DNA of 64,000 bases from Octopus sinensis. Lineage: Eukaryota. Positions 51,316-63,450 of the stretch are shown one piece after another. The position numbers and the translations under genes were made by a program. The stretch spans positions 15,066,001 to 15,130,000 of the forward strand of contig NC_043000.1 of NCBI RefSeq assembly GCF_006345805.1. Direction: 5' to 3'. The notes under the pieces were generated by a model. It had not been told where the DNA came from, ran no database searches, and saw only the letters and a program-made list of their open reading frames with translations. Within the stretch, counting starts at the first letter, position 1. The number at the start of each line of letters is the position of its first letter.

Positions 51316-51700
51316 CTAGCAGTATCGCTTGGGTTTGTAAGGGAAATAACTATAAAGCATTTTTAGAGAGTTATAGTCAAAAAATAGCAAAATAATGCAT
51401 TAAAAATGGGGAAAAAAATGATGTGAATTTTTTTTTAATCGTTGACTCATTGTAGACATTTTTAGAGAGTTACTTCCCTTATATAATAGCGAAAAAATGC
51501 ATTAAAATGGAAAAAAATGATGGTAAATTTTTTTTAAATCGTAGACTCATCGTAGACGCACGCTAATCCCCAGAAGGGTTCGATATGAATCACGACTATA
51601 AGATACCCGGTTTTGGTTAAACTGCACCGCAAAATGTGGGAGTAGTTAGGAATCTAAATCGTAGGAGACAGACACACAACTTCACTTTTATATATAAAGA
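51316..51700 (-). mobile_element. Non-autonomous Helitron, subfamily 1 variant
   Basis: Same ends as 13268-13761; lacks the GC-rich middle and carries an internal tandem duplication. Confidence 0.78.
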
Positions 51701-52784
51701 TATCCCTGAGAAGTCATAATATACAATTTCTCAGGGATACATAGTTCACACTCTTCTAGGTTCATTTCAAGATCTCTGAACTGTCAATGGTGAAATATGC
51801 ACCACTTACAGGAAGGTATGCTTTTAGATACATTTCTGAGAATGATGGTCAGTTGGACGCAACATAGAAGCTTCAATGTCTGAAACAACCAAGAGTCTTG
51901 GAATTCTTTTTATCTAGCTGTTAACCTTTTTGTCACCATATTTCTGGTGAAATCAATTCCGAATATAATGAAAAATTTATTAAAATAACCTTGTCATTAT
52001 TAAGCTGTTATTAACATGGAATTTTGATGGAAGTTTTTAATTTAGATCACATTAAAACAGGAGGGCTGTATCGCAGAATCAGAGGTGCTTTCAAGTGGGT
52101 TGGTATCAAAAGAGTTAAAATGCTGTCAACCATCCAATCCTCTTCAGCTTTCACTCAGCTATTGCGATATTGTCTGAGATTTTGAGCCTCAAACAAGACA
52201 GAATTTCTCTGTCATGAAAATATTGTGCATAGATGAACTCTACTATGTTACCCTTACAGACATTGAGAACAAACTCAAGGCTATAAATATTTAAGAATAT
52301 CAGTATGGTTAAGTTGAGGGAGGCCATATTTTTTTAAGCTAATCTCCCAAAAGAGAGACATCATACAATGTCAATATCATTAAGATAATATATGATTGAT
52401 AAAGATCCCAAACTTAATGCAGGCAAGAGGGCAGTCCATTCTATTTTTGAGAAGATTGACAAGTTGGAATCTACCTGATGCTTGTGATGGAAATGGAAAC
52501 ATATTGCTTGGGGAAGTCTATCAATAAAGAAAGCCATTGCAATTACTTCTTCAGGTATTGCAGGCGTACTTTTTTCTGAAAGTGCAGGTACAGCACAAAA
52601 TACTTTCAAACTCCTCTTGGAATCTAGAGCAGGAGTCCCCAAGTAACAAGTCACACATAAAGAAATAAATTTTAAAATTTTATTTCTATTTTATTGATCA
52701 TTGCAATCTGTAGCATTGTGTATTTGTAATAATTAAATTATATTATGTGCTTTCTGTTTTGCTATGCATGTGATTCTCCTGGTC

Positions 52785-53169
52785 GTGGAGGCGCAATGGC
52801 CCAGTGGTTAGGGCAGTGGACTCGTGGTCATAGGATCGCAGTTTCGATTCCCGGACCGGGCGTTGTGAGTATTTATTGAGCGAAAACACCTAAAAGCTCC
52901 ACGAGGCTCCGGCAGGGAGTGGTGATCCCTGCTGTACTCTTTCACCACAACTTTCTCTCACTCTTACTTCCTGTTTCTGTTGTACCTGTATTTCAAGGGG
53001 CCAGCCTTGTCACTCTCTGTGTCACGCTGAATATCTCCGAGAACTACGTTAAGGGTACACGTGTCTGTGGAGTGCTCAGCCACTTACACGTTAATTTCAC
53101 GAGCAGGCTGTTCTGTTGATTCGGATCAACCGGAACCCTCATCGTCGTAACCGACGGAGTGCTTCCACA
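52785..53169 (+). mobile_element. SINE family D
   Basis: 13-bp TSD GATTCTCCTGGTC at 52772-52784 and 53170-53182. Confidence 0.9.
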
Positions 53170-53370
53170 GATTCTCCTGGTCAGAGGAAAAATTTTCTTG
53201 CATGAAACTGGTCAATGTGCAAAGAAGGCTAGGGATTACTGGACAAGAGCATAAGTGATGGACTTGGTTGTAACATTGCCAAGAATTTAGGAACTGGAGA
53301 GTTTTTAAGAGCTGTCAAGTAATTGTCTTGGATGAATGCTTAATGGTACATAAGAGTTTTGGAGGCTTTG

Positions 53371-53580
53371 TTTAAACCGGCCATATCTGGCCAGAATATT
53401 ATCCTTCTTTTATGTTCAAACTTATGATATTCAGCCTCTCATACCAACCCTACAATGTCATTCTAAAGATAAATAATCACATCATCGAAATCTTGAAGCT
53501 ATGAGACAAGGCACAATTAATTCAAAACAATGTGAATAAATAAGTATTACATTTGACAAAGTAATCTGAACACTAAAGGG
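53371..53580 (+). mobile_element. piggyBac-type MITE lacking its left terminus
   Basis: Begins TTTAAACCGGCCATATC; ends CTAAAGGG|TTAA. Confidence 0.8.
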
Positions 53581-54919
53581 TTAAAGAGGGCAACATTCCA
53601 GACTAGAATGAAAATAGATCTCAAATAAGAAGGGTAACAGTGGTGTCATGTGATTTCTATTAGATCTTGATTGTGATGCTAAAGTGAGCAAAAGCTGATG
53701 AACTTTGGAAGTTCTTAAAATTTTCAGACTGTTTACAAATAAGTTTCATATTTTTGGCAGTGGGTTGTCTAGCCAGTCTGTGAAAAGTTTCTAACTAGTT
53801 GGGGAGGGAAAATTTCCTTCTGGCATTATAAGTACATTCGTTAATACAACAAACAAATTGTTATCCAAGCTGTTCCCTAGCCAACAACATCTGTTACCTA
53901 AAGCATAAATGACAATGTGTAGCAGTATCAGCCAACAGCTGCTGCAGGCATTTTAAAGAAAGTCAAACCTACAAATCAATATACACTGTTGGGGATCAAG
54001 AAGAAATAATTCACTATCATGTGGAATTTCTAGATTGCTTAGAACCCTAAGTTACATGTTAATGAAACTACTATTCTCATTGAATGCACCAAAGGAGGTA
54101 TGATTTTCCAGTTGTAACATTGCCAAGAATTTAGGAACTGGAGAGTTTTTGTTAAGAGCTGTCAAAATAATTGTCTTGAATGAATGCATAATGGTACACA
54201 AGAGTTTTGGAGGCTCTAAACAGGGCAACATTCCAGACTAGAATGAAAATGGATCTCAAATAAGAGGAGTAACAGTGATGTCTGGAGACTTCTATCAGAT
54301 ATTGCTTATGGTCCTAAAAGGAGCAAAAGCTGATGAACTTTGGGAGTTCATACTCACACATTCATTGCTGTATGTTGAATGAATAAGAAAGCGTTCAATA
54401 AAACACACACATACATAAATGTTCATTTGTACAAATGATAAATGTTCTCAATACATGTGAAAAAAAAGGTTATTAATTTTCTGGGTCCCTTGCTGTTTTA
54501 TGTTCAAGACAGTAGCTCTTTGCTGCCTTAGTGAATGTTCAAAAGGAAGTCACAAGGATTGTGAAGGGATGAATCCACAGCTTCAAATATGCCCATATAC
54601 ATGTGATACACAATCATGAGTTCGATTCCTGGACCAGGCTGTGTGTTGTGATTTTGAGCATGACACTTTGTTTCACATTGCTCCAGTTCACTCAGCTTAG
54701 AAATGAGTTGCGACGTCATGGGTGCCAAGCTGTATTGGCCTTTGTCTTTCCCTTGGATGACATCAGTGGCATGGAGAGGGGAGGTCGGTATGCATGGGCA
54801 ACTGCTAGTCCTCCATAAAACAACCTTGTTCAGACTTGTGCCTCGGAGAGTAACTTTCTAGGTGCAATCACATGGTCATTCATGACCAAAGGGTTTATAT
54901 ATATATATATATATATATA

Positions 54920-55457
54920 CGAGGGGAAGTCAGAAATAACATACCTTTATTATTGTCACACTGCCTTCTGCACATGCGTGCTTATAGTTGGTACTATTGT
55001 GGTCACAGGATTGAAGTTTGAGCTTGATTGAACCATTTTTGTTTCTGGCTTTATAGTGTAAGCATGGCTGCTCCACTAGCAATGAGCACCAAAGAAGAAC
55101 AAAGATCAGCGATCTGATTTCTCTGACCAGGTGTGTGTCAGGTGCTGAAATTCATTGGAGGCTTTTAGCACAATACGGGGACAATACACTATCATGTATT
55201 GTGCTAAAAGCTTCCAATGAATTTCAACACCCAACACACCTTCTGACCAGAGAAATCGGATCACTGTTCTTTGTTCTTCTTTGGTGCACATGGCTAGTGG
55301 AGTGGCCATGCTTACACTATAAAGCCAGAAACAAAAATGGTTCAATCAGGTTCAAACTTCAATCACGTGACCACAATAGTACCAACTACAAGCATGCAAC
55401 TTGACAGTAAAGATATGTTATGGCAAAAGTGCAGATAATTTTTGACTTCCCCCCTCA
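54920..55457. mobile_element. Fully palindromic mariner derivative (5' end to 5' end)
   Basis: TA|CGAGGGGAAGTCA...TGACTTCCCCCCTCA|TA; both arms encode MA(A/T)PLAM(S/C)TKEEQR..I.FL..., with the centre at about 55178-55195. Confidence 0.85.
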
Positions 55458-55854
55458 TATAATGTATATATCGTTTTAATGGTGGAACTTGAAGTAGGTA
55501 AAACTATGAAGAGTTGCATGTACAATATTAGGTTAAAAAATCTTTGGTCATAAAAAAAAGTCAAGGTGTACTCATGGGACTTGAACCCTCAGCTTCTGTG
55601 GTCATGATAGATGTGCAACCTTTTGAATTTTCTATATCTGTTTTAAACGCTTTGTCCTTCACAGCAAAAATTGTATGTTTACATTACAAGAATTAAAGAA
55701 AATTTTTTTTTAAATTAAGAGAGATTTGAAATAAATTGGCTTAATGGTGGAACTTGAAGTAGATAAAGCTATAAATAATAGCATGTAGAATATTGTTTTA
55801 AAAATACCCCGTTTGGATAGAGAAATGTCAAAGGCTTTTATATTTATGTATATA

Positions 55855-56266
55855 TAGCTTGCGAAGACATGTTGGGGCAATCGAAATCGAATTGAACCAG
55901 CCAGGATCCCTGGGCTGCGAAATCGAATTGAACCATCCAGGATCCCTGGTCTGGTGGTATGTAAAAAGCACTATCCGACTCGTGGCCGATGCCAGCGCCG
56001 CCTCGACTGGCTTCCGTGCCGGTGGCACATAAAATACACCGATCCGACTGTGGCCGTTGCCAGCCTCGCCTGGCACCTGTGCAGGTGGCACGTAAAAAGC
56101 ACCCACTACACTCACGGAGTGGTTGGCGTTAGGAAGGGCATCCAGCTGTAGAAACATTGCCAGATAAGACTGGAGCCTGGTGCAGCCTTCTGGCTTCCCA
56201 GATCCCCGGTCAAACCGTCCAACCCATGCTAGCATGGAGAACGGACGTTAAACGATGATGATGATG
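55855..56266 (+). mobile_element. RTE LINE 3'UTR fragment
   Basis: Family motifs, an internal tandem duplication at 55880-55950, and a (GAT)n tail. Confidence 0.85.
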
Positions 56267-56872
56267 ATCCAAGATACATACACACACACTCTTACCATCT
56301 AATCAAGGCCGATTTTCTATGGCAAGACACCTTCCCTGTTGCTAACCCTCACCTGTTTCCAAGCAAGGTAAAAAAATTTCCCATAGCAACTACCATATAA
56401 TGAGACAGGGTAAGCAAGCACACATGCACATATTTACACAATAGGTTTGTTTCAGTTTCGATCTACCAAATCCACTCGCAAGGCTTTGGTTTGTCTATCG
56501 CTATTGTAGAAGACATTTGCCCAAGGTGCCATGTAGTGGGACTGAACCTGAGACCACATGGTTCAGAAGTAAGCTTCTTAACCACACAATCATGTTCTGG
56601 CAATTTATATATATATATATATATATATATAATTCTTTCTTAAAATTGAAAGTGCTATTAAGTATAAAAAATGCTTTTTCGATTAAAAGGAATTTTGGCT
56701 CTTAATAAAACACGGTTATTTTTATGAATGGAATAGCAATGCTGGCTGAGTTCTCTTTAAACTCTACAACTTTAATTATTGCTGATATTATGACATATTT
56801 TTCTCACATGGTAAAGTTATTCAGTTTTATTTCCTTTTCTTTTTTTTTAAGTTTTAGTGTTTAGAATCCAGA

Positions 56873-56923
56873 ATGTCATCCCGAAATGCCAAAAGGGGCC
56901 GGAAGGACCCACCTAATTCTGAA
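56873..56923 (+). CDS. Putative first coding exon of an unidentified gene: MSSRNAKRGRKDPPNSE
   Basis: Long polypyrimidine tract with AG acceptors at 56857, 56864 and 56871; GC-richer island in AT-rich intron; strong donor GAA|GTAAGA; phase 0. Confidence 0.65.
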
Positions 56924-57844
56924 GTAAGAATTTTTTTAAAAATTTCTCATTGAACTTAGATTTTGATTTCATCTTCATCATCCTCATTTAATATCCGTTT
57001 TCCTGCTGGCATGGTTTGGATGGTTTGACAGGAGCTGACCAGACTCCAATTGTCTGTTGTGGCATGGTTTCTATGGCTGGATGCCCTTCCTAATGCCAAC
57101 CACTTTACAGAGTGTGCTGGGTGCTTTTTATGTTCCACTGGTATGGGTGTGTTTACATAGCACCTGCACAAGTGCAATTTACATGGTACTGGCACCTGTA
57201 AAGGACATACCCGTATGTATGGATGACTACAATTTTACTTCACTTGACTTCTCTTCTTAAATACAGTAAATCAAAACAGCTGGTCCCTTATCATTTCCTC
57301 AGTAAGGCCAGATGGAGATAATTGACCGAGTAGTTTGCCCATTCAACATTTTATGGGGTAAAGAAAAACCCCAGAAATTTTTCTCTACAATCTCTAACTG
57401 TAGTTTCAAAATATTCTTTGAAGGAATTGTAGTCATTGCCAGGAATGTAACACAAGTAACTCCAAAAGCTTATTAAGAAATTTGACTTTTTCCAAATATC
57501 TTAAAAATTTATTTTTACAAAAATTGATATACTCATCTAACATTTACAGTTCTTAGTAAGAGTGGTTCTTATTTCTTGTACAAATTTCCAAAAGTAGATA
57601 TTTCCAGCCCTTACCAGTACATGATGTGAAAGACCTTTAAGATTTTATTTATTATACTGTATTGAAAACTCTGTGTTTCTGTTTTGCTGGATTGATTTAG
57701 TTCAGTGGTTAGTTCATGTCTGGCCTAATTCAGAAACTAATTCAGAACTTGCCAGCTATCTCCATCCATCCATCCAAAAGCCCAGAATGGTGTACTCAGG
57801 ACTACTATAAAGAAAACTTTGGAGATTAACCATAGAAAAAAAAA

Positions 57845-58855
57845 ACTTATGACTGAACAGCAAACACAAATTGTGAAATTTTATCAAAACCAAGGATCAA
57901 TAATTCTGATGCAATAAGCACATCATTGTCATTATGGCATAAGAGTGTCTATAAGGGAATCAATAATTAGATGTTTGATAAGTTGTTTTGTGAAATGGCG
58001 TTCAATAAGCAACCTTCCACAGAAACAGGCCTCACTTGGTTAGGAATGAAGCTATAGTTGAGCTTGTAAAGGAAAGTTTCAAGGACATCAACTTGAGCCC
58101 CTCTGGATGTTGCCCTGATGCATTTTTAAAATCATGAACATGTTTGCATATATAATGCAGTTAGTGCAATAGCTGGAGCCCTTAGATTATGCCCACAGAT
58201 CATAATATGCAGTAAGATTTCAAGGATTGGCAAAGGGAGATCCTGAATTTATCCACAAGTTGGTAATGTCAGATGAAGCACATTTTTGTTTGAATGGCTT
58301 CTTTACGAAAACAAAGCTGCAAGATTTGGTGGTTCTGAAAATCTTAGTGTAATTCGTCAAAGGAAATTGCACCCCATTAAGTGTACAGTCTGGTATGGGT
58401 TTATGATGGGAGAAGTAACTGGACTCTTTTTTGAAAACCACATTAAGAATCTTGTCACTGTTGCAGGATATGATAAAAAATTTCTTACTCCCAACAGTTC
58501 CAGAATAAATACGACATAGGATGGAGTGGCAGCTTGCCTAGCAATCTAACTGTTCAGTTAAATTTTTGAGAGAAAAATAATTTCCTGCACTTACAATATA
58601 AGCTAGCAAATGCATTCTCCAGATCTGAAGACTTCTGATTTCTTTGTAATGAGCTATCTCATGTTAACAAGCCTCGGACAGTCCAACAGCTGAAGACCAA
58701 TATGTGGGCTGAAATCATCACTGAAGCTTGAAATGCTGAGAAGTGTCATGGTAAACACTTTAGAAAGAGCACATTTGTGTGATGTAGGAAATGGATGCCA
58801 TATACAAGATGTGATTTTCATGCTTAGCATATATTTCTTATACACTGTATATGAT
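57845..58855 (+). pseudogene. Tc1/mariner DD41D (rosa-like) transposase remnant
   Basis: KLVMSDEAHFCLNGF, GSENLSVIRQRKLHPIKCTVW and SPDLKTSDFF; multiple disruptions. Confidence 0.7.
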
Positions 58856-59249
58856 ACTCTTTACTCTTTTACTTGTTTCAGTCATTTGACTGCGGCCATG
58901 CTGGAGCACTGCCTTTAGTCGAGCAAATCGACCCCGGGACTTATTCTTTGTAAGCCCAGTACTTATTCTATCGGTCTCTTTTGCCAAACCGCTAAGTGAC
59001 GGGGACGTAAACACGCCAGCATCGGTTGTCAAGCAATGCTAGGGGGGACAAACACAGACACATATACATATATATATACATATATACGACAGGCTTCTTT
59101 CAGTTTCCGTCTACCAAATCCACTTACAAAGCTTTGGTCGGCCCGAGGCTATAGTAGAAGACACTTGCCCAAGGTGCCACGCAGTGGGACTGAACCCGGA
59201 ACCATGTGGTTGGTAGACAGGCTACTTACCACACAGCCACTCCTGCGCC
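58856..59249 (-). mobile_element. SINE family A with a 31-bp TSD
   Basis: TAGCATATATTTCTTATACACTGTATATGAT at 58825-58855 and 59250-59280. Confidence 0.92.
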
Positions 59250-59311
59250 TAGCATATATTTCTTATACACTGTATATGATGCTATAATATTGTAAATTTA
59301 AAACAAATAAA

Positions 59312-59600
59312 TCATCATCATCATCACTTAACGTCCGTTTTCCATGCTAGCATGGTTGGACAATTTGACCGGGGTCTGGGAAGCCAGGAGGCTGCGCCAG
59401 GCTCCAATCTTGATCTGGCAGTTTTCTACAGCTGGATGCTCTTCCTAATGCCAACCACTCCATGAGTATAGTGGATGCTTTTTACGTGTCGCCGACACAG
59501 GTGCCAGGGGAGGCTGGCAATGGCCACGATCGGTTGGTGCTTTTTATGTGCCACCAGCACGGAAGCCAGTCATGGCGGCGCTGGCATCGGCCATGTTTGG
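59312..59600 (-). mobile_element. RTE LINE 3'UTR fragment
   Basis: (CAT)n tail and family motifs. Confidence 0.8.
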
Positions 59601-59939
59601 ATAAATAAAGAGGGTATTAAATACTGAACCCTCTTTGTGATTTTTGGCATGTGTCTGGATGGCATATATAAATCTACTGGTCTCTATTATGTAGATGATG
59701 CGTATCTAATGTGTTCACTTTTCAGTTTAACCCTTTAGTATTCAGATTACTCTGTTAAATATAATACTTTTTCACTCAAATTGTTTTGAATTAATCATTC
59801 ATTATCTTACAGCTTTGAGGTTTCAGTGATGTGATTGTTTATTTTTAGCATGACATTGTAGGTTAAGTGTGAGAGGATAGATATCGCCAGTTTGAATATA
59901 AAACATTTAGAATATTTGGGCCGGATATGGCCGGTTTAA

Positions 59940-60938
59940 CCCTTTCGTTACTATATTTCTGACCAAATTACACCCCTTATGTGTTTCAATTAATTTCTAA
60001 CGTAATCATAAATTTAGTCTGGTTTCATTAAACAACTATAACTTTTTTATTTATCGATATATTAATCTGATTTTTGGAAGATAATTTAATGAAATATTCT
60101 CAACCAATTCTATACTACAATTTTTGTCACAAAGTGACTCTAATTGCAGGTAGATACAGGTAAATTCAACAAAATATAAAATTATTAAAATTTTGTTCAA
60201 ACATCGCTATAGAAAATGGGTTATTAGCTAATATTCAATTGGGTATACAACAAAATTTTACGATAGAATTTGTTATTCTGGGTAACTTTCTGATACCCAT
60301 AATAATATTTATGGCAAAATAGTCTTAATGATTTCAAATAGGCTCATTCGAAAAAGTAAAAAGAAATAGTTTAAGGCTTTACTCTTCTGGGAAAGTCTGT
60401 GACTTGGTCCAGTTTCTTCAGAAAAATCACCGAAAGAAACAGTTTTTAAATGTTCACTCCATTCAGGTGCCAATTCATTTTCTTTATCGCTGTCGATCTC
60501 GGATTCACAGTTTTCACTTTCGGAAAATGAAACATCAGATTCATTATCAAATACCACATGCTTTTTTTTTTCAGTCATAGAGTTAGATTTATGAAGGTCT
60601 TCAGTAGAAAATCCTTTGAATTCTGACTCGCTGCTTGATATAATGAAATTCGTATCCATTTTTTGTCAGAATTACAAATTTTGAAAACACAATAGGAACA
60701 AATTTCGGAAAAAAATCTCCCAAAATTCACGGAATTAAAATTACACTTCGATTATTGTTCAAAACTGTAGTTGAACTCTTTACGAAGTATAATACGTGTT
60801 TTCACGAATGTACTAAAGAGATTTGCTCTGATATTCTCATTTAAATATGAATAGGTAAATTCGGGCGGCTTTGGGCGGTTTGGTCTCATTAACCAAAATT
60901 TTTTTCGGGCGGCTTTGGGCGGTTTGGTAACGAAAGGG
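59940..60938 (-). mobile_element. Internally deleted piggyBac transposon
   Basis: 12-bp TIR CCCTTTCGTTAC; TTAA at 59936-59939 and 60939-60942; duplicated subterminal TTCGGGCGGCTTTGGGCGGTTTGGT. Confidence 0.88.
60309..60659 (-). pseudogene. Truncated piggyBac transposase N-terminus (116 aa)
   Basis: Acidic Ser/Glu/Asp N-terminus, then EW...DFSEETGP...ALNYFFLLF...EII, as in PGBD N-termini; catalytic core absent. Confidence 0.75.
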
Positions 60939-61042
60939 TTAAACACTAAAGGGTTAAGGAAAATATTTTTGTGGTTGGATGTAGATTTAGTATTTCTCAA
61001 TATTTTTTTATAATTGAGCTCTTTATTTTTTTATTTTTGCAG

Positions 61043-61069
61043 ATTGTTGCAAAAGAAATGAAACCGGAG
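61043..61069 (+). CDS. Putative 27-nt microexon: IVAKEMKPE
   Basis: tttttttatttttgcag acceptor and GAG|GTAAAT donor; phase 0/0, in frame with 56873-56923. Confidence 0.6.
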
Positions 61070-61125
61070 GTAAATATTGTGAATATACTTTTAAGAATTG
61101 GCATGGAATATTATGTTTAGTCAGA

Positions 61126-61177
<52 letters not shown>

Positions 61178-62837
61178 ATGACGACTCTTTTGTGGCCCAT
61201 GATGATGATGAAATATATTGACCATAGTTACTAAATTTTGTACTTGGTGTTTGTAATATGTTTTTTGCAAGAAATTATGAAAGCTTTGATTTAGATATGA
61301 ACACTAAAACAAGCAGTTGTGTATCATAAAACCAAATTGCAGATTGGGATCAAAAGGGATAAGCAGACAGCAGGTTGAATGTCACTTTATTGATTTTACT
61401 GTGCCATTCCTTTTGTTCATAACATTTGTATCCACACTGTTAACCATATCTGTGTTCCACTATGGGTTGTGTGTGACATTTTTTATTTGGTTTATGTAAA
61501 CTATATGAATAATGTTGCACAAAGCAGTAGTGAATAAAATATTTGTGTGTGGTCATATTTAATGTGTTCAAGTGTATTTGAACATGAGAAGACCTTTCAC
61601 TGCATAACTAGTCCCAGGAGCAAATTATCTTCCTAGACATGTGCAAAATGGTATCTTAGGCTGTCATCAGATTGTGAGATGCATGCATTTCTGCATCTTT
61701 TGTAGTTGCTTCATCAACTACAAAAACCAAATCTGTCATTCACAGCCTGTGAAGTATGAAATTATTCTTATTAAAACAATGAAGTACATAAAGCTTGGTC
61801 AAACCAGAATTACATAATGTTTCATGAAACAGTGTTATATAAAATATAGCCATGTAAAATCTTATTTAACATGTCTGGGTGTGTTTGGACATGAGAAGGC
61901 CTTTTGCTGTGGAATTAGCCCTTGGAGAAAATTCTCCTTTTGGACATAGAGCTTTTAATTTGTGATTGGCTTAATGATCTGGGTTTTGAGTGGTGCATTA
62001 ATCTAAGCCATGTTTTGAATATCTATACTTTCACTAGTATTACATTGATACTTTTGGTATTTTATGCTGTTGTATGTGCAATTACATTGGTCCACTCCTC
62101 CACCTTATGTTTTATGTACGTTGTGTAACAGTGCAAATATTGAGTAGTTTTTACACTCTGATTCCTCAATAATAATAAGAATATACTGGTATTTTTATTG
62201 TCATTGACTATTCTTTCATTTACCAGTTTGGTACCTAGCTGTCTCATATTTGTATTAGCTCTTGATACCAACCTGCCTATCTGTACCTAGTTCTATGATG
62301 CAAATTTCTTGTTTAAAGTGATCTTAACATTTAATTTTAATGGAAATGTTAATTTATGTTCCAAACACCATCTTAATTATGGCAAAGTCATTTTATTAAA
62401 TTCTTAACTATTTTCAAGATTAATTGAAACAAAGGCAAAGTAATTTAACAGGAATAGGGTAACAAAAGGGTTCATATTTCAATTAAGACATTTTGTTAAA
62501 AAATTTATTATACAAAACAACATATTACAGTGGGTAACCTTTGTCTTTTAAGATGTTAATTAAAAAGTTAATAATACCTTGCCTCCCTTTTGAACTGTTT
62601 TGAAGTTAACTGAATTGTGTAAGCAATTTGTTGGAAATATAGTGATGTGTGGTTTAACCCTTTGCCTGTCCAAAGCATTTTTATAAGTTTCTCCCAAATG
62701 GCCATGCTTGTTTTTAAGTTTTTAGCTAGGCCTTGCCTCATACATTCTGAGTAATATAAAGCTTTTCTTTCATAAGTGCCAAGTTACTCTGGTGGTTGAA
62801 AAAAAATCGGGAAAATGTATCATATATGAATGCATGG

Positions 62838-63010
62838 ATCATCATCATCATCTTCGTTTAGCGTCCGCTTTCCATGCTAGCATGGGTTGGACGGTTCAAC
62901 TGGGGTCTGGTAAGCCAGAAGGCTGCACCAGGCTCCAATCTGATCTGGCAATGTTTCTGCGGCTGGATGCCCTTCCTAACGCCAACCACTCCGTGAGTGT
63001 AGTGGGTGCT
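62838..63010 (-). mobile_element. RTE LINE 3'UTR fragment
   Basis: (CAT)n tail and family motifs. Confidence 0.8.
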
Positions 63011-63251
63011 TTTTATGTGCCACCTGCACAGATGCCAGGGGTTACTGTCTTGTGTATCACATGTAATACATAGGACTGGGAAAGGATTAACCTTTAAAAT
63101 GTACAAATTTATCCACACAACAGTCTTACTCCTGGCAGAATGAAGGAAAGGAGAGTATATATGTATGTGTATATGTATATACACATACATATATATGTAT
63201 GTATATACATATATATATACACATGCATATATATGTGTGTGTGTGTATATC

Positions 63252-63450
63252 ATCATACATCCGTTTTCCATGCTAGCATGGGTTGGACGGTTCGACCCGG
63301 GTCTGGTAAGCCAGGAGGCTACACCAGGCTCCAGTCTGATCTGGCAGGGTTTCTACAGCTGGATGCCCTTCCTAACGCCAACCACTCTGAGAGTGTAGTG
63401 GGTGTTTTTTTACATGCCACCGGCATAGGGGCCAGAGCAGGCTGGCAAAC
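63252..63450 (-). mobile_element. RTE LINE 3'UTR fragment
   Basis: Family motifs GGATGCCCTTCCTAACGCCAACC. Confidence 0.8.

Larger units (their letters stand above)
59731..60953 (-). mobile_element. piggyBac MITE split by a nested piggyBac
   Basis: Outer TTAA at 59727-59730 and 60954-60957; the MITE end ...GGCCGGTTTAA / ACACTAAAGGG is separated by a 999-bp insert. Confidence 0.85.

Noticed and set aside
55473-55795. Two ~55-bp direct repeats around a tRNA B-box-like reverse motif; a similar imperfect pair at 61560 and 61868
   Set aside because: Too degenerate to define an element or function; probably old repeat debris
40615-61069. Naming the second gene by vertebrate ARF4 neighbours (e.g. 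DENND6A, PDE12)
   Set aside because: The 26 residues show no similarity I can recognise, and synteny cannot be assumed
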